Assembly: GCA_003971905.1 (NCBI GenBank)
Contig: RSEE01000033.1
Span: 62,001 to 126,000, forward strand
DNA from: Moniliella sp. 'wahieum'
Lineage: Eukaryota
DNA length: 64,000 nucleotides
Direction: 5' to 3'
In this document: piece by piece, positions 52,825 to 64,000 of the stretch
Position numbering within the stretch: the first letter of the stretch is position 1
Layout of the letters: every line of letters begins with the position of its first letter
Program-made: the position numbers and the translations under genes
Notes under the pieces: generated by a model
What the model saw: the letters and a program-made list of their open reading frames with translations, nothing else
Databases searched by the model: none
Told to the model about the DNA's origin: nothing

Positions 52825-52902
52825 GGACGGCTGGCGCAATGGTAGCGCGTCTGACTACGACTTGTAATCAGGAGGTTGCAGGTTCGACCCCTGCGTCGTT
52901 CG
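52825..52902 (+). tRNA. tRNA-Arg(ACG) with a 6-nt intron (52861-52866)
   Basis: Acceptor GGACGGC/GTCGTTC, D-arm GCGC..GCGC, anticodon arm TCTGA-CTACGA[CTTGTA]A-TCAGG, T-arm GCAGG TTCGACC CCTGC; T-run terminator ~52919-52929. Confidence 0.93.
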
Positions 52903-53438
52903 ACCCGACAGGGCGTCCTTTCTTTTTTTGAGGGAAAGACCCCAGATGCAGAGACTCTGTCGCGGTCAGCAAATACCGGATGAGCGAACCTGATGGGCAA
53001 CTTGCATCTCTGCTTGAGTTTTACAATTGCTAAGCATCTAGTGGAAGTCGATAAAAGAATGGAAGTCTGAAGGTGAAAAACGATTCGCACAGCACAATTG
53101 TCACAGTCGGGGCTAAGCGCTAAGGCGCGGGAGACCGAGTCGAGACTTAAGTCAAGGGATGTAGCAATCCTTCCTGGGGAGGAAGCAAGGGCAGAGGACA
53201 TGGTGCGAATCGGAAGAATAGGGGAAAGGGCGAGACGCTGCGGACGAAAAAAATTGGGAACGGGAGCGGGATCAACTAATAAACTGGACAGCAATGTAAG
53301 TTGTCGCATGCCAGACTGTCGCCAACTACATACATGCAGCTCTTAGCCGCGTCGTGCAACTGCAACACAGAGAAAAAACCGATATTTGCGAATGTGTGGG
53401 TACAATATGGGCATGGGAATCCAGGGCCTAATTTGCAT

Positions 53439-54799
53439 TTACTTGAACTTGCGTGCCTGGAGCTTCCAGATTGTCTCGAGCATGATGTTGTGGGTGCCTT
53501 CGTAAATCTGGCCAATCTTCGAGTCACGGAGGTACTTCTCGATGCCCATCTCGCGCGTGAAGCCGATTCCACCGCACCATTCCACCGCACGCGCCGAGGC
53601 ACGCTCAGCAGTGTTGGCCGCAAACAACTTGGCAATCGCCGCTTCCTCCACAAACGGCCGGCCCTCCTCCTTCAACCGTGCCGCATTGTAGACCAGGGCA
53701 CGGGAAGCCTCAATCTGCATCGCCACCTCGGCCATCTGGAACTGCATGCCTTGGAACGAGGCAACGGGGCGGCCAAACTGGTTGCGCTCCAGAGCGTAGC
53801 GGACCGCCTTTTCGTACGCACCCTGAGCCAGACCCAGCATCTGAGCACCAATGCCAACACGGCCCTCGTTCAAAATCTCAATGGCAATCTTGTACCCCTT
53901 GCCTTCCTCTCCAATCAGGTTCTCAGCGGGCACCCTGACGTCGTCCAGGTTAAGCGTGCAAGTGGAGGAAGCCTTGATTCCGAGCTTCTTCTCCTTCTTT
54001 GCAATCTCAACACCCTGCTCCTTCTCGACGGCAAAGGCAGAGATGCCCTTGTAGCCCTTCGAGGGGTCGCCCTGAGCAAAGATGATAAAGAAGCCAGCAT
54101 CGGCCGCGTTGGTGATCCACATCTTGCTCCCGTTAATGATATAAGAGCCATCCGTGTCCTTCTTGTAGGACGTCTTCATCGCAAACGCATCCGATCCAGA
54201 CGACGGCTCAGAGAGACCAAACGAGCCAAGCGTGCCCTCGGTAAGCGAGGGGAAGTACTTGTCTTGCAGTGCCTTGTTCGCATACTTGCGCAGAACAGTG
54301 GCCACCAGCGTGTTGTGCACGTCACACAGCACCGAAACCGAAGGGTCCACCTTGGCCAGCTCTGAGGGGAAACGAGTCAGCAGCTTGTCGCCAAGAAGGC
54401 AGTAACGCCGACATGGAAATTCACACACGTACCCTCAATAACAATGATGGCCGAAGTGAAGGAGGAGCCAGCTCCCCCATAGTCGGGGTCCGTCTCGATG
54501 CCCATAAAGCCATTCTCAAAGAGACCCTTGATGATGGCGGGGTCCATCAGCTCCTTCTCGTCCATCTCCTCAACCTTAGGGGCAATGACCTCCTGGGAGA
54601 AGGAGCGGATCGAATCACGCAGCATCTCCTCCTCCTCAGAGAACTTGTTGAGCGAGTTGATGCCAAACGGCGACTCGAACTCGCGGGCAGGCACAGACGA
54701 AGCGAAGGTGCGCACAGCGGCGGGGGCGAGGCGGGCCGAGGGCACCGCCGAGCGGGAGGCGGTGCGGGCAAGGGCACGGGCAACAGCGGGGAGAGGCAT
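53439..54799 (-). CDS. Mitochondrial short/branched-chain acyl-CoA dehydrogenase (ACADSB-like)
   Basis: Presequence MPLPAVARALAR, intron 54362-54432, GSFGLSEPSSGSDA, NGSKMWITN, KLGIKASSTC, LNEGRVGIGAQ, RDSKIGQIYEGT; frame intact. Confidence 0.95.
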
Positions 54800-55481
54800 G
54801 CTGGATGCGAACAGGTGATGGTGGCAGCAGCGAGACGGTGGGGCAGAGGGGGTTGGGCGCGTGAGAAGGTATTTATTTGCTGGCCAGCGCACGTGGAATT
54901 CGACGGGACGGGTGGGCCAGGCTGGAGACAACCGGGCCGGCGGGGGCCGTGGCCCGGGGAAACTGGCGCCGTGCGGTTGGACGGATGCTCAGGGATCTGA
55001 TACCGCCGCCACCCGGCACGGTGGTTGCCGGCTACCGGCTGCCCAGCCGCTCAGCCAGGCTCGGCCTCATCGATCATCGATCATCGATCATTGCCCGCAT
55101 GTCCGTTGCATTCAGCTTAATCCCGCAACCTTAGGCCTTGGGCCTTAGTGTCCAGCGCAGGATGGTCTGACCGGTGATGCGGGGATACGTGTCCTGTTGT
55201 GTACGGTGCATGATGGATATCTAGGTTGATCGGTGATTGATGAGTAATACGGTACCGACCTGTACCGGCCGTCCGACCAAGCTAGAGTACTCAACCTCAC
55301 CTGAGTAACGAGCAGGGCGGATGCGTTGGAAGAACGAGATGCCTGGCTATGGACGGACAACAATCCTTCCCCCCTCAGAAAAGTCGCGACAAGGCAACAC
55401 CCTGTTCATCCAAACTAAGAAAGCCTGGTGTTTGAAACGCTGTTGATGGACTGGAGGAGGAATCAGGAACCGCAAAAAAAA

Positions 55482-55563
55482 CTCTCCGACCGGGAATCGA
55501 ACCCGGGTCTCGTCCGAACGCCCTAATGACAGGGACGTGTCATAGCCACTAAACTATCGGAGA
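55482..55563 (-). tRNA. tRNA-Asp(GTC) with a 10-nt intron
   Basis: TCTCCGA..TCGGAGA-G acceptor, CGTCC-CTGTCA[TTAGGGCGTT]C-GGACG, CCGGG TTCGATT CCCGG; T8 terminator at 55474-55481. Confidence 0.95.
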
Positions 55564-55599
55564 AGTTGCTGTGGGACTAACTAGTTCCCATTTCAGTGT

Positions 55600-56720
55600 G
55601 TTCGCCAAATATCATGATCATGAGACCATTGAATCAAATGTATACCACCACCAAGACCTATCCTGATTTCAAGCGCATGAGCCCCAGCTAGATAGCCCCT
55701 CACCCTGTTCATTTTCTCCATTGCACTGCGACCGACTTTTGGAGAAGTTTTGCAGACGGATCTGTGGGACCGATAACACTTTTTGCGACGGCGTTTTGTA
55801 CATGGACGACGTGGTATTATGGATGAAGAGACAGCCGTAACCGCTCGTTCCGGGATATGTGGATGAATACACGTCGAGAGAGTCTCGTTGTCCACCTGCG
55901 CAAAAGCATGTTGAAGGGAGCGCTACCAGTTGAGACGAGAGGCTCGTGGGCCTGTGGGCACCTTTCTTGTGTTCCTGTGGAGAAAAGCATTGTCGCCAGT
56001 TGTAACTTCGGGACAAGGTACCAACCTAAGGCAATTGGGTACCAAAAAGTTCATTGGATGGCATTACCCTTCAGGGGCGCCTCAGTACTCTGCTATATGG
56101 CGGTACTCAGACCAAGCTTCGCCACTTCTTCGCTCAACTTTGCAGCTGGAGGGCGAGCTACAGAGACACGAAAAGTACTGGCCGATACTGAGGCTTATGC
56201 TTCTGTACGGAGTTTCTACAGAACCGGGGGGGGGGTGAGAACCCCTAAGAGCAAGGAGAACAAGTTTCGCATATGCTCATGAGCCTGCCTCTTCGCATGG
56301 GAGAATATCGTTGCACTGTGGTACATTACGCCCTGTAATACAGGTGCTACCGCTAACGACCTCAATGACGCCGGCGGCTTGTTATCACCACAGCACTTTC
56401 GTTGCTCTCACAGAGACAAGTATACGGCGAACTCATGTACGAGACGCAGCGCCAGCGCTGTGGGAATGTATAGGAGAAGAGCCGTGTGGTGCGCAATATT
56501 GGGGTAGTTGCCGCGGTAGCCCAAGTTCAGTAGTTCTCTTCGATGCATTCCTTCATATATTCCTTCCTGGAGGGCAAAAAAGGAATCTTCTCTACCCGCT
56601 GTGGCTCAAGTGCCATGTCATTCACCACATATATCAACTGTCGTCTTCATCTCTCTGGTCGTCGATTATACATTTTGGCCATGTTATACCCATACTGCAG
56701 TTCAACTGTGTGGCACGACG
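55600..56720 (+). mobile_element. Older, degenerate copy of the same CRE-like family as at 34-35 kb
   Basis: Colinear nucleotide similarity: GCTCATGAGCCTGCCTCTTCG at 34680 and 56274; ACTCAGACCAAGCT at ~34526 and ~56105; PLTLFIFSIALRPT and YMDD (55799). Confidence 0.8.
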
Positions 56721-56744
56721 GGAGTATTTATTGTGTGGCACTAG

Positions 56745-57400
56745 CTAGACACACCGTCTTTTGGCTATGATAGCGTTGGAGTGTCTGTGGTTGTCGTTCG
56801 CACTGTCGGGTAAAGCAAAAGGGTCATATAGGCAAGTGAGGATGACCCTGCCGGCATCATCATTTTTCCCTCTGCCGGCACTGAGACTGGGATTGAAGAA
56901 GAGAATTGCGACTCTCGTGTGCTGCGAAAAGGAAACGAGGTGATGTATGATGAGGAGCTGTGGGGCTGAACTCTCGAAAGGCGCAGGGAATAGGTCCAAG
57001 CGAAGATCCTCTCCAGACTGAAAAACATGGTGTCGAGACATGGGGTGGACCGTGCGTTTGGCCAAAGCGGCTCCTTCAGGGTTTCAGTCCCTCTTGAGGC
57101 CTAGGAGCTCCGATGGTTTCTCGCTTCCGTTTCCCTTTAATTTGGTGTGCACAACCCCAGAGGCCTAGTGGCGAAAGACTGAAGATGGGTGTCAGTTCTG
57201 CAGTGTGTCAGCGGTGCGGGGGCAGCCCCAGGCTGCCATTAGAGTGCAACTTGGGAGGACGAGACTTGGTGGTTCTCCCCCAGTGTAAGGACAGTTCCTC
57301 ATGGTCCCCTTCAACTCTCTGGGGGAAGGAGAGGGACTGGTCGGCACTCTCCAGAGCCGAGGCCAGGTTCACACTTCCCTCCGTCTATATCAGTTCTCTG
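56745..57400 (-). mobile_element. Possible L1-clade LINE relic (ORF1 knuckle plus start of APE endonuclease)
   Basis: GLPPH..HCRTDTH (~57185-57230) upstream of RVAILF..DDAGRVIL..LYDP (~56820-56915). Confidence 0.35.
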
Positions 57401-57629
57401 GATAATTGTTTCTGAAGCATGCACAGCCGCGGCTGATCACCATTGACAGCATGGGGGGCTATGACGATTCTCGCACAAATGGTGCTCGCTCCATTCCAGG
57501 TCAGAAACAATCATCTGCCCTGCCATAACAAGGGGAGTATGCGACCGAGTAGAACGGCAGGCCGAGGCGTGAGGATGGAAGGAAAGCTGCGACGAGAAGC
57601 AGAAACGCGAGAGGAGAGGGGTGCTGGAG

Positions 57630-58155
57630 TCAAGCCCTGGCCTGAGATAAGGCGACCTTGCGCATTGCCACGTCTTGTGCTGCGTATGCATCGGCTGCCA
57701 TCAGCTCCTTTTCCGACGCCGGCGGAGCGCCTGCGCGCCTACGGGCGCCGGGGGGCGGCAGGAGAGATGGTTGCGGCGACAAGGCAAGGGCCTGCGCCAA
57801 GAATCCAAGTCGCGGCACAACCACCGTCCGCGCAAAGATCTCCCCGAGACCAACCATGACGCCATTGACAAAGGGCAGGCCCAGATTGACTACCAAGGCG
57901 GCGAGGCAGGCGAAGCGGCGCCCCCAGGTCAGGCCAGGCGCAAAGATAGAGAGGGTTACACCGGATGTAGTGGGTACCTGCTGGGCCGCTGTGCCATGCC
58001 CAGGCGCGGGCGAGTAGGAGCTGCTTGAGCTCTGGCTGCTGCGGCGCGAGCCCGAAGGGGAGAGAGAGTCTGGCGGTGGTCAGTCGGGGCGGGGCGGGGC
58101 GGGGGGAGAAGAACATACCAGAAGTGGGGTTGGCGTGCACGTCAAGTTCAGCCAT
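57630..58155 (-). CDS. MIM1: Mitochondrial outer-membrane import protein Mim1/Tom13
   Basis: VVNLGLPFVNGVMVGLGEIFA matches the Mim1 signature; ATG at 58155; one frameshift. Confidence 0.8.
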
Positions 58156-58185
58156 GGTGGCAGCGGAGGGGGGGGGAAGGGGGGG

Positions 58186-58256
58186 CGAGAGGAGACGAGA
58201 GGAGACGAGAGGAGACGAGAGGAGACGAGAGGAGACGAGAGGAGACGAGAGGAGAG
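58186..58256. repeat. (GGAGACGAGA)n decamer repeat upstream of the Mim1 ATG
   Basis: About 7 units read directly. Confidence 0.95.
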
Positions 58257-58970
58257 GTTGATGGCACCCAGCTGCTCTTGCGCTGCCGCACACCTGGCCA
58301 CGTTCAGCGCAGCTTACCCAAACGCCTCGACGCCGCCATAGCCCCGAGCTAATTATGGTGGTACCCAGAACAGCCGAGAGCGAGCGGGTTATGTAATCAC
58401 TTCTGCCTCAATGCCCCCTGGTTAATTGATTGCATGATGCATGGTTAATCACCCATCTGCATCATCGACCGCCGGTCACTCATGATGCCCTGCGTTGTCC
58501 GTCCGCCTTCTGCGAGCACCGGCCGGCACCGCCAGCCCCCACGCCGACCAAAAGGTCATTCACGGCTGGCTTAGACAAAGCCATGGCAGGACTGGGATGT
58601 CGATGAGGCCCAAGAAATACACCCAAGCCTAGGTCAAGCAGTTCCGAGCCTGTGCTTCGGAATCCAAGGGCGGGTTCATCCTCCTTTCACATGACGTCTT
58701 GTCCGCACAGCATACGAGCCACATCTCACCGCCTTCTCCTACTGCTATGGCTCCTATCAACCCCTTGGAGTCATGGAAGCCAGCAATCCGGATAAGTTGG
58801 TTCGCATTCTCTCGGGGCCAAGCTAGCCCATCCGGATACGCGATTCACTAGCTCTGTTACAGAGCCTACAGCCGCGTGAGAATGGTGGTGGTGGGTTTAG
58901 TTTCATGAGCCCAATAATCAACCATCCAAAAAGATGTACTAGTATCGTTACCATTACATTGTTACCCGTC

Positions 58971-59850
58971 TCAGGCGCCTCGCGCCTTCCAAAATCCTTT
59001 TCCATAGCTTACGCAGAGCTCTGTGCCAGAAGGAATGGGATGCGGCCCAGAGAACAGCCCAATGCCGTGGACCTGGACGCCATTGGGAGTCAGGTCGGAC
59101 CAATCATCAAAGACCAGGTTTGGACGGGGCAGGATGCCACGAAAATCATTCACAAACCGAGCATACGATCCTGCCGAGGTAGCATCCACGCCTAATGGAA
59201 TGCGTCCCTCTTCTTCGCCGCCCAATCCAGGGGCCCACAACCGCAAGTCGTACTCGCTCGCCGTGTCGGACTCGGCCTCGGTGTGCACCACGCCGAGGTA
59301 AGGGAACAAGAACGTGTGAGACGGAATGTCGTGGGTAGCAAACATGCCATGCTGTCCAGCAGCGGGATGGAGGGGTGCAAGGTCCGTTCCCTGCTCTTGC
59401 TCGGAGAGAGGAACAGACGAGCAGGCGGCTGCGGCCAAACGTTTGCTACGTTCCTTGGCGATCAACTCGGGGTCTGAGCATCTCGTTCCTGGGGGGATGT
59501 GGCAGACCTTGGCATAGGACAAGAGCGGTGCTTGATTCGGATGAAATTTGCTCGACTCGTGCGGGGCAACACAGAACATGTCGGCCAGCCGGGCTGGCAG
59601 GCCAGGCGAAGCGATGGAGCGGACAGGTAAGTGCTCCACATGAGGGACAAGAATCGCCCAGTCCCGTGGCGCTGAAGGGGGGCGGAAGAGCAGCGACCTT
59701 TTTGATGAGCTCTTTCGTCCCACTCACTCTCTTACGAGCATCGGCTGAGCTCCTTATCTGGACCTGGACCTTGGCCTTGGCCCTGGCCCTGGCCCTGGCC
59801 CTGCCCTGCCCATTATGCTGGTCGCCGTGGCTCAACGTCGACCTGCACAT
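58971..59850 (-). CDS. Small SET-domain protein; start uncertain
   Basis: HPAAGQHGMFATHDIP..YLGVVH..SEYDL..GVDATSAGSYARFVNDFRG..GTELCVSYGKGFW. Confidence 0.85.
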
Positions 59851-61452
59851 GTGGGGATGAGATGGGGCAGAATGGCAACGTGATTTAAAAAAGCAGATGG
59901 GTAGGGTTGGGCAAGTGTGCTAGGGTTGCGCTCTTTGACCCCTTTGTCCTTGTATCGCCCACCGCCGATGCTCTTACGCGCCACGTTCTTCATTTTTGCG
60001 GCGGTGTCGCGGGGGTGGATCGGATCTCAGACCAGGCCAGACAAGTCAGATCTCAGATCCACAGGTCAAAGGCCAGCACCCTGGGATCCTGAGCCTGAGG
60101 CCTCACCGGCATCTGAGGCCTGAGGGGCCTGAGGCTGGAGAGGACACACATGCGTGGGTCAAGGGCAACCTTTACTACAGGCTGATGATGGGCAGTTCCT
60201 TGGGGGGAATAGTTTGAGGGGGAAACGGGTGACGGGTGAACACGTTGAACATGAGCGAACAATGAGCGGCTGAGCACGTTGAGTACATTGAGCAAATAAA
60301 AAGGTTAGTACTGAGACTGAGGGCAGTGGAGTCCACACTGTGTGCCACGCTTCCCCGTTGGTCATATGCTTTTCAAGTGCCAACCGCATCCACCATACAT
60401 AGCAGAGGTATATTCAGGCACTCTTCCGTACGAGCTAGATGGCTGTGCGGTCTGCTGTGGCGCCGAGCGGTACATCCGGCGACGTCAGGAGTTTCAATAA
60501 GCACAGGCACTGAGCCTCAGTAGGCCTTAGCCGCCCTTCGCCCACAGGGCCAATAAAAAAGTTTTGGCGTATCTACCAGCGGTGGGGCTTCAGTTTCTCG
60601 ATGACCAGAGTGCATGGTACACTAGGTACACCAGTTGTACCCGGGCCCCCTATCTCGGATCTCGATTTCATATCGAATCCGTATCCTTCCGCAGCCCCAC
60701 TGAGATCTGAAGCCCTCTTAGATCGATCTAATCCGTAGCCCCCCACTGCCTGCTCAGCCGCCCAGTGCAGAGGGCAGCAACAGACCCCTTTCCCCCTCCT
60801 CGCGGTGGTGGTGGGGGGCGCAGGTGGCTAGGCCAGGTAAACATCACGGGATTTTGAAAGAACTGGCGGAGAGCAGGTGGCCCAAAAACAGAGAACTCAT
60901 CCGTGGTGCGCAGGAGGGCGCTTCCCCTGTCCATGCGCGGGTAGCCTCAGACCTATGGTAAAGGCACAGGATAAGATTTGCCCGCGCGCGCCGACGGGTG
61001 CTCAGGCTGAGCGCTGCCACCGAATCATCGATGAAGCTTCAAGTGCTGATTGTGCGTGCCCGGTACGTCAGCTGTGGTGTCACGTTCGCCGCCTTCAAGA
61101 AGCTTAACCTGGCGGGGTTTACATGTTATACATGTTACATGTTACACCACACCGCGCCGCTCCACTTGGGCTGGCGGGCAGTATGCTGCGGTGATGCTGC
61201 GCCGCCCATGGCAGCAGATCTTCGTCCATCGTCTACCCGAGCACAGCGGCCTCAGGCCTCCGCGCCTCTCACATCTCACAGGTTGCAGCCGCACCCGACG
61301 TGGATCTGGAACGGCCCCAGCATCCGCCAGAAGATAGGCAGAGGGCAGGTAGGCAGTGCGCACGCACCACTATACGAGACACGACAAAAAAAACGGCAGA
61401 CCCTCGCTTCGCCACCGGAATGGCAAGCGCTAGTACAAGCATCTATGCTCAT

Positions 61453-61461
61453 CCTATTTAA
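61453..61461 (+). promoter_or_regulatory. Putative TATA-like element of the aminotransferase gene
   Basis: TATTTAAA about 150 nt upstream of ATG 61603, followed by a CT-rich leader. Confidence 0.4.
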
Positions 61462-61602
61462 ATGCCCTCTGGTTTGCTGCGCCCGCGCGTGCTTCTTCTC
61501 TCTCCAGCTCATCTCTCTCTCTCTCCCTTTCAACAGTCTTCTCCTCCATTTTCAACGCGACTCCTATAGTCGCCTGTGCCTCTAGGCTCCAATCTGTCCA
61601 TC

Positions 61603-63244
61603 ATGGCGCTCTTCAACCAGGTCCCCACCCCCGTCCGCGTCGGTTCACCCGAGACCGTGTCGCCCCCCAACGGGTTCTCCAACGGCTACTCGACCCCCAT
61701 CTCTGAGGGCACCCATCCTGCCCAGGAAAGCGAAGCCCACCAGATCTTTCGTCAGCACCCCGGTCATGCGCCCAACGCAAAAGACTTGTTGCCTGGCATG
61801 ACCCACCCGGGAAGCAGTACGTCCGTCCCCTTTCGCTTTGTACCCCGTCTTGAATCACAGGGGAGCGGGGGGAAGCAAAGCGAGTGACTTAGTTTGGGTG
61901 TGCTGACCAAACGGGGGCTGGGTAGCGGGCGTGATCTATGTCATGGATCGTGCCACAGCGAACGGGTTCAAGTACGGTGCGCCTGATTGGTCCAACTTTG
62001 GGCAAGGCGCGCCTGAGACGGGCCAGCTGCCAGGCGCGTACGCTAAACCCGCTTCGATTGACCTTGCCCCGTTCGGGGACAATGTACACGAGTATGCAGC
62101 TACGACGGGTGCGACCAAGTTGCGCGAAGCGATTGCCAAGTACTACAACGTGACGTACCGGCAGGGCAAGGCGTCCCAGTACACGGCGGCGAATGTGTGT
62201 GGTACCTGGTGGCCGGGCCGGCTTGTCGCGTGTAGCGTCAATCATTGGGTCGGTGAATACGGGGTACCAATTGCCCGAGTACACGGCGTACGAAAACATG
62301 TTGGGCGTGTTCAAGAGCTTGGTGCCCATTCCTACCCAGCTGAGCGAAGAAGAAACAACTACAAGTTGCGCATGAACGGACTGCGCAAAGAGATTCGCAA
62401 CCGTGGTCTCTCGGCCGTGATCATGTCCAACCCGCGCAACCCGACAGGTCAACTCATCGAGGGCTCTGAGCTCAAAGAACTGGTCCAGATCGGACGGGAC
62501 ATGCATGTCTCTCTTGTGCTCGACGAATTTTACTCGTGGTACATGCTGGACGGCCCGCTGGGACGCGCGGTAAGCGCAGCCGAATACATTGATGACGTGA
62601 ACCAAGACCCAGTAATTCTGATTGACGGCCTGACCAAGAACTTCCGCTGTCCGGGATGGCGCGTATGCTGGGTGGTAGGCCCACAAGACTTGATCAATGC
62701 CCTGGCCGAGTCGGGCTCCTTCCTGGATGGAGGCGCAAACCATCCACTGCAACTGGCTGCGGTGCCGATGCTGGATCCAGAACGGTGCGCTCAAGATCGC
62801 ATGGCGCTCCAGGCTCATTTCCGTGCCAAGCGCGACCATGTTCTGAACCGCTTGCGCAAGATGGGGCTGCCGGTTGAGGTGCCGCCCGTGGCGACCTTTT
62901 ACATTTGGCTTTGCCTTAAGAAATTGCCTCCCCCTCTCAATTCGGGCATGACGTTTTTTGAGGAACTGCTCAAGGAGAAGGTCATCACCACCCCAGGAAT
63001 CTTCTTTGATATCAATCCCAACCATCGGCGTAACATCATTGACTCTCCATGGGAGCCGTATGTTCGTTTGAGCTTTGGCCCGCCGCTCGCTGAGTTGGAC
63101 CAGGGACTGGATGGAATCGAACGGGTCCTAGCTAAGGTCAACTTGGGTCCGCGGGCGCCTGAGGCCCGGTGGAAGCAGGCCTCTGCCACGCTTGGAAAGG
63201 GTTATGTCAAACATAACCGCACTCGCTCCTCTACCCTGTTCTAA
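61603..63244 (+). CDS. PLP-dependent aminotransferase class I/II (aspartate aminotransferase-like)
   Basis: HPGS / TGVIYVMDRA (intron 61817-61925), NFGQGAPETG, SNPRNPTG, LDEFYS, DGLTKNFRCPGWRVCW, YVRLSFG; compensating frameshifts ~62200-62350. Confidence 0.92.
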
Positions 63245-63797
63245 TTGGTCGCCATTGGTCCTTTTGTGTGCAAGGCTTTTTCTGGATTATTCCTCTACAC
63301 AGTTTCCTATTCCTACCCTTTATCGGTCGGTATCATTCAACTACACCACAACTCAGGATCTCGATCTCCTACCTTGACCCTCTTTTCCTGTTTCCGGGTG
63401 CATCTTTTTCGCCGCTTTCTGCCTTCCTACTAGACGTGCCCTGTCGTCCACTCCAGTGTATGCGTGTGGTCGACAGATGAGCTGTTGATGGTTAGACTAA
63501 TATATATCCCTCATGTCTTGGTTTCTGCCCTTTGCTCTGTTATACTTTGTTCACTACGTCCACTTCTTGCCTTAGGCACCGATCTCATATACACCTCTCG
63601 ATTACACCTTACGCTGCACTCCTTCTCCCATCTCTACTCGTTGTAGCACTATACTCTATCGGGGGGGCTCGGGTCCCGTGTATATATGGTTAGGTCAAAA
63701 AACTGCATTATCTGCATCATCGACATCATCCTTTTGCCCCTTTAATAACCTCGGGAGGGTCTGAAGCTCTGAACTCTGTTACGAAGGTTGAAGACGT

Positions 63798-63858
63798 TGA
63801 AGCTTGAAGCTTGAAGCTTGAAGCTTGAAGCTTGAAGCTTGAAGCTTGAAGCTTGAAG
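63798..63858. repeat. (TGAAGCT)x8 heptamer tandem repeat
   Basis: Eight perfect units plus a partial one. Confidence 0.97.
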
Positions 63859-64000
63859 TCTCTCGACGGAGATATTGCAGTACACTTCAGGCCTTCAGGT
63901 TTGCTCAAACCCCTGTCTCTCCCAGATAATGTGTGTTTGACTGAGTACTGAAGCCTACAGTAGCATCAACCCCTGAATCAAATTGAATCGAGGCTATAAG

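Noticed and set aside
53301..54365. 354-aa plus-strand ORF, and a similar 378-aa minus-strand ORF at 61889-63025
   Set aside because: Antisense shadows of codon-biased genes in GC-rich DNA.
55517..55526. Telomere hexamer TTAGGG inside the tRNA-Asp intron
   Set aside because: A single hexamer, explained by intron pairing with CCCT of the anticodon arm.
646..63244. Frameshifts in most genes, suggesting mass pseudogenisation or programmed frameshifting
   Set aside because: They hit conserved housekeeping genes whose motifs are otherwise intact, often at short homopolymers and without shared slippery sites; best explained as unpolished long-read indels.

Overview
GC-rich eukaryotic DNA, almost certainly a basidiomycete fungus (short GT-AG introns with CTRAC branch points, Zn2Cys6 factor, intron-containing tRNAs; gene style suggests Ustilaginomycotina, which is inference). 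About 17 protein-coding genes: aldo-keto reductase, G-protein gamma subunit, DUF2015 protein, ARL5-like GTPase, TPT-family transporter, LAMMER kinase, Ran1-like kinase, DHA1 MFS transporter, Zn2Cys6 factor, arrestin-like protein, Rex3-like exonuclease, Rot1, tandem Myb/SANT-like protein, acyl-CoA dehydrogenase, Mim1, SET protein and a class I/II aminotransferase. There are also two tRNA genes (Arg-ACG, Asp-GTC). Most genes carry single-base frameshifts that look like unpolished long-read errors, so many gene ends are approximate. Between genes lie retroelement remnants: a CRE-clade non-LTR element, older CRE-like relics (two next to the tRNAs), a DIRS/Ngaro-like relic and a possible L1-like relic. 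The most striking unexplained signal is a recurring intergenic pattern of TGA-N4 heptad arrays, where TGA stays in 7-bp register while the mostly palindromic 4-nt core changes.
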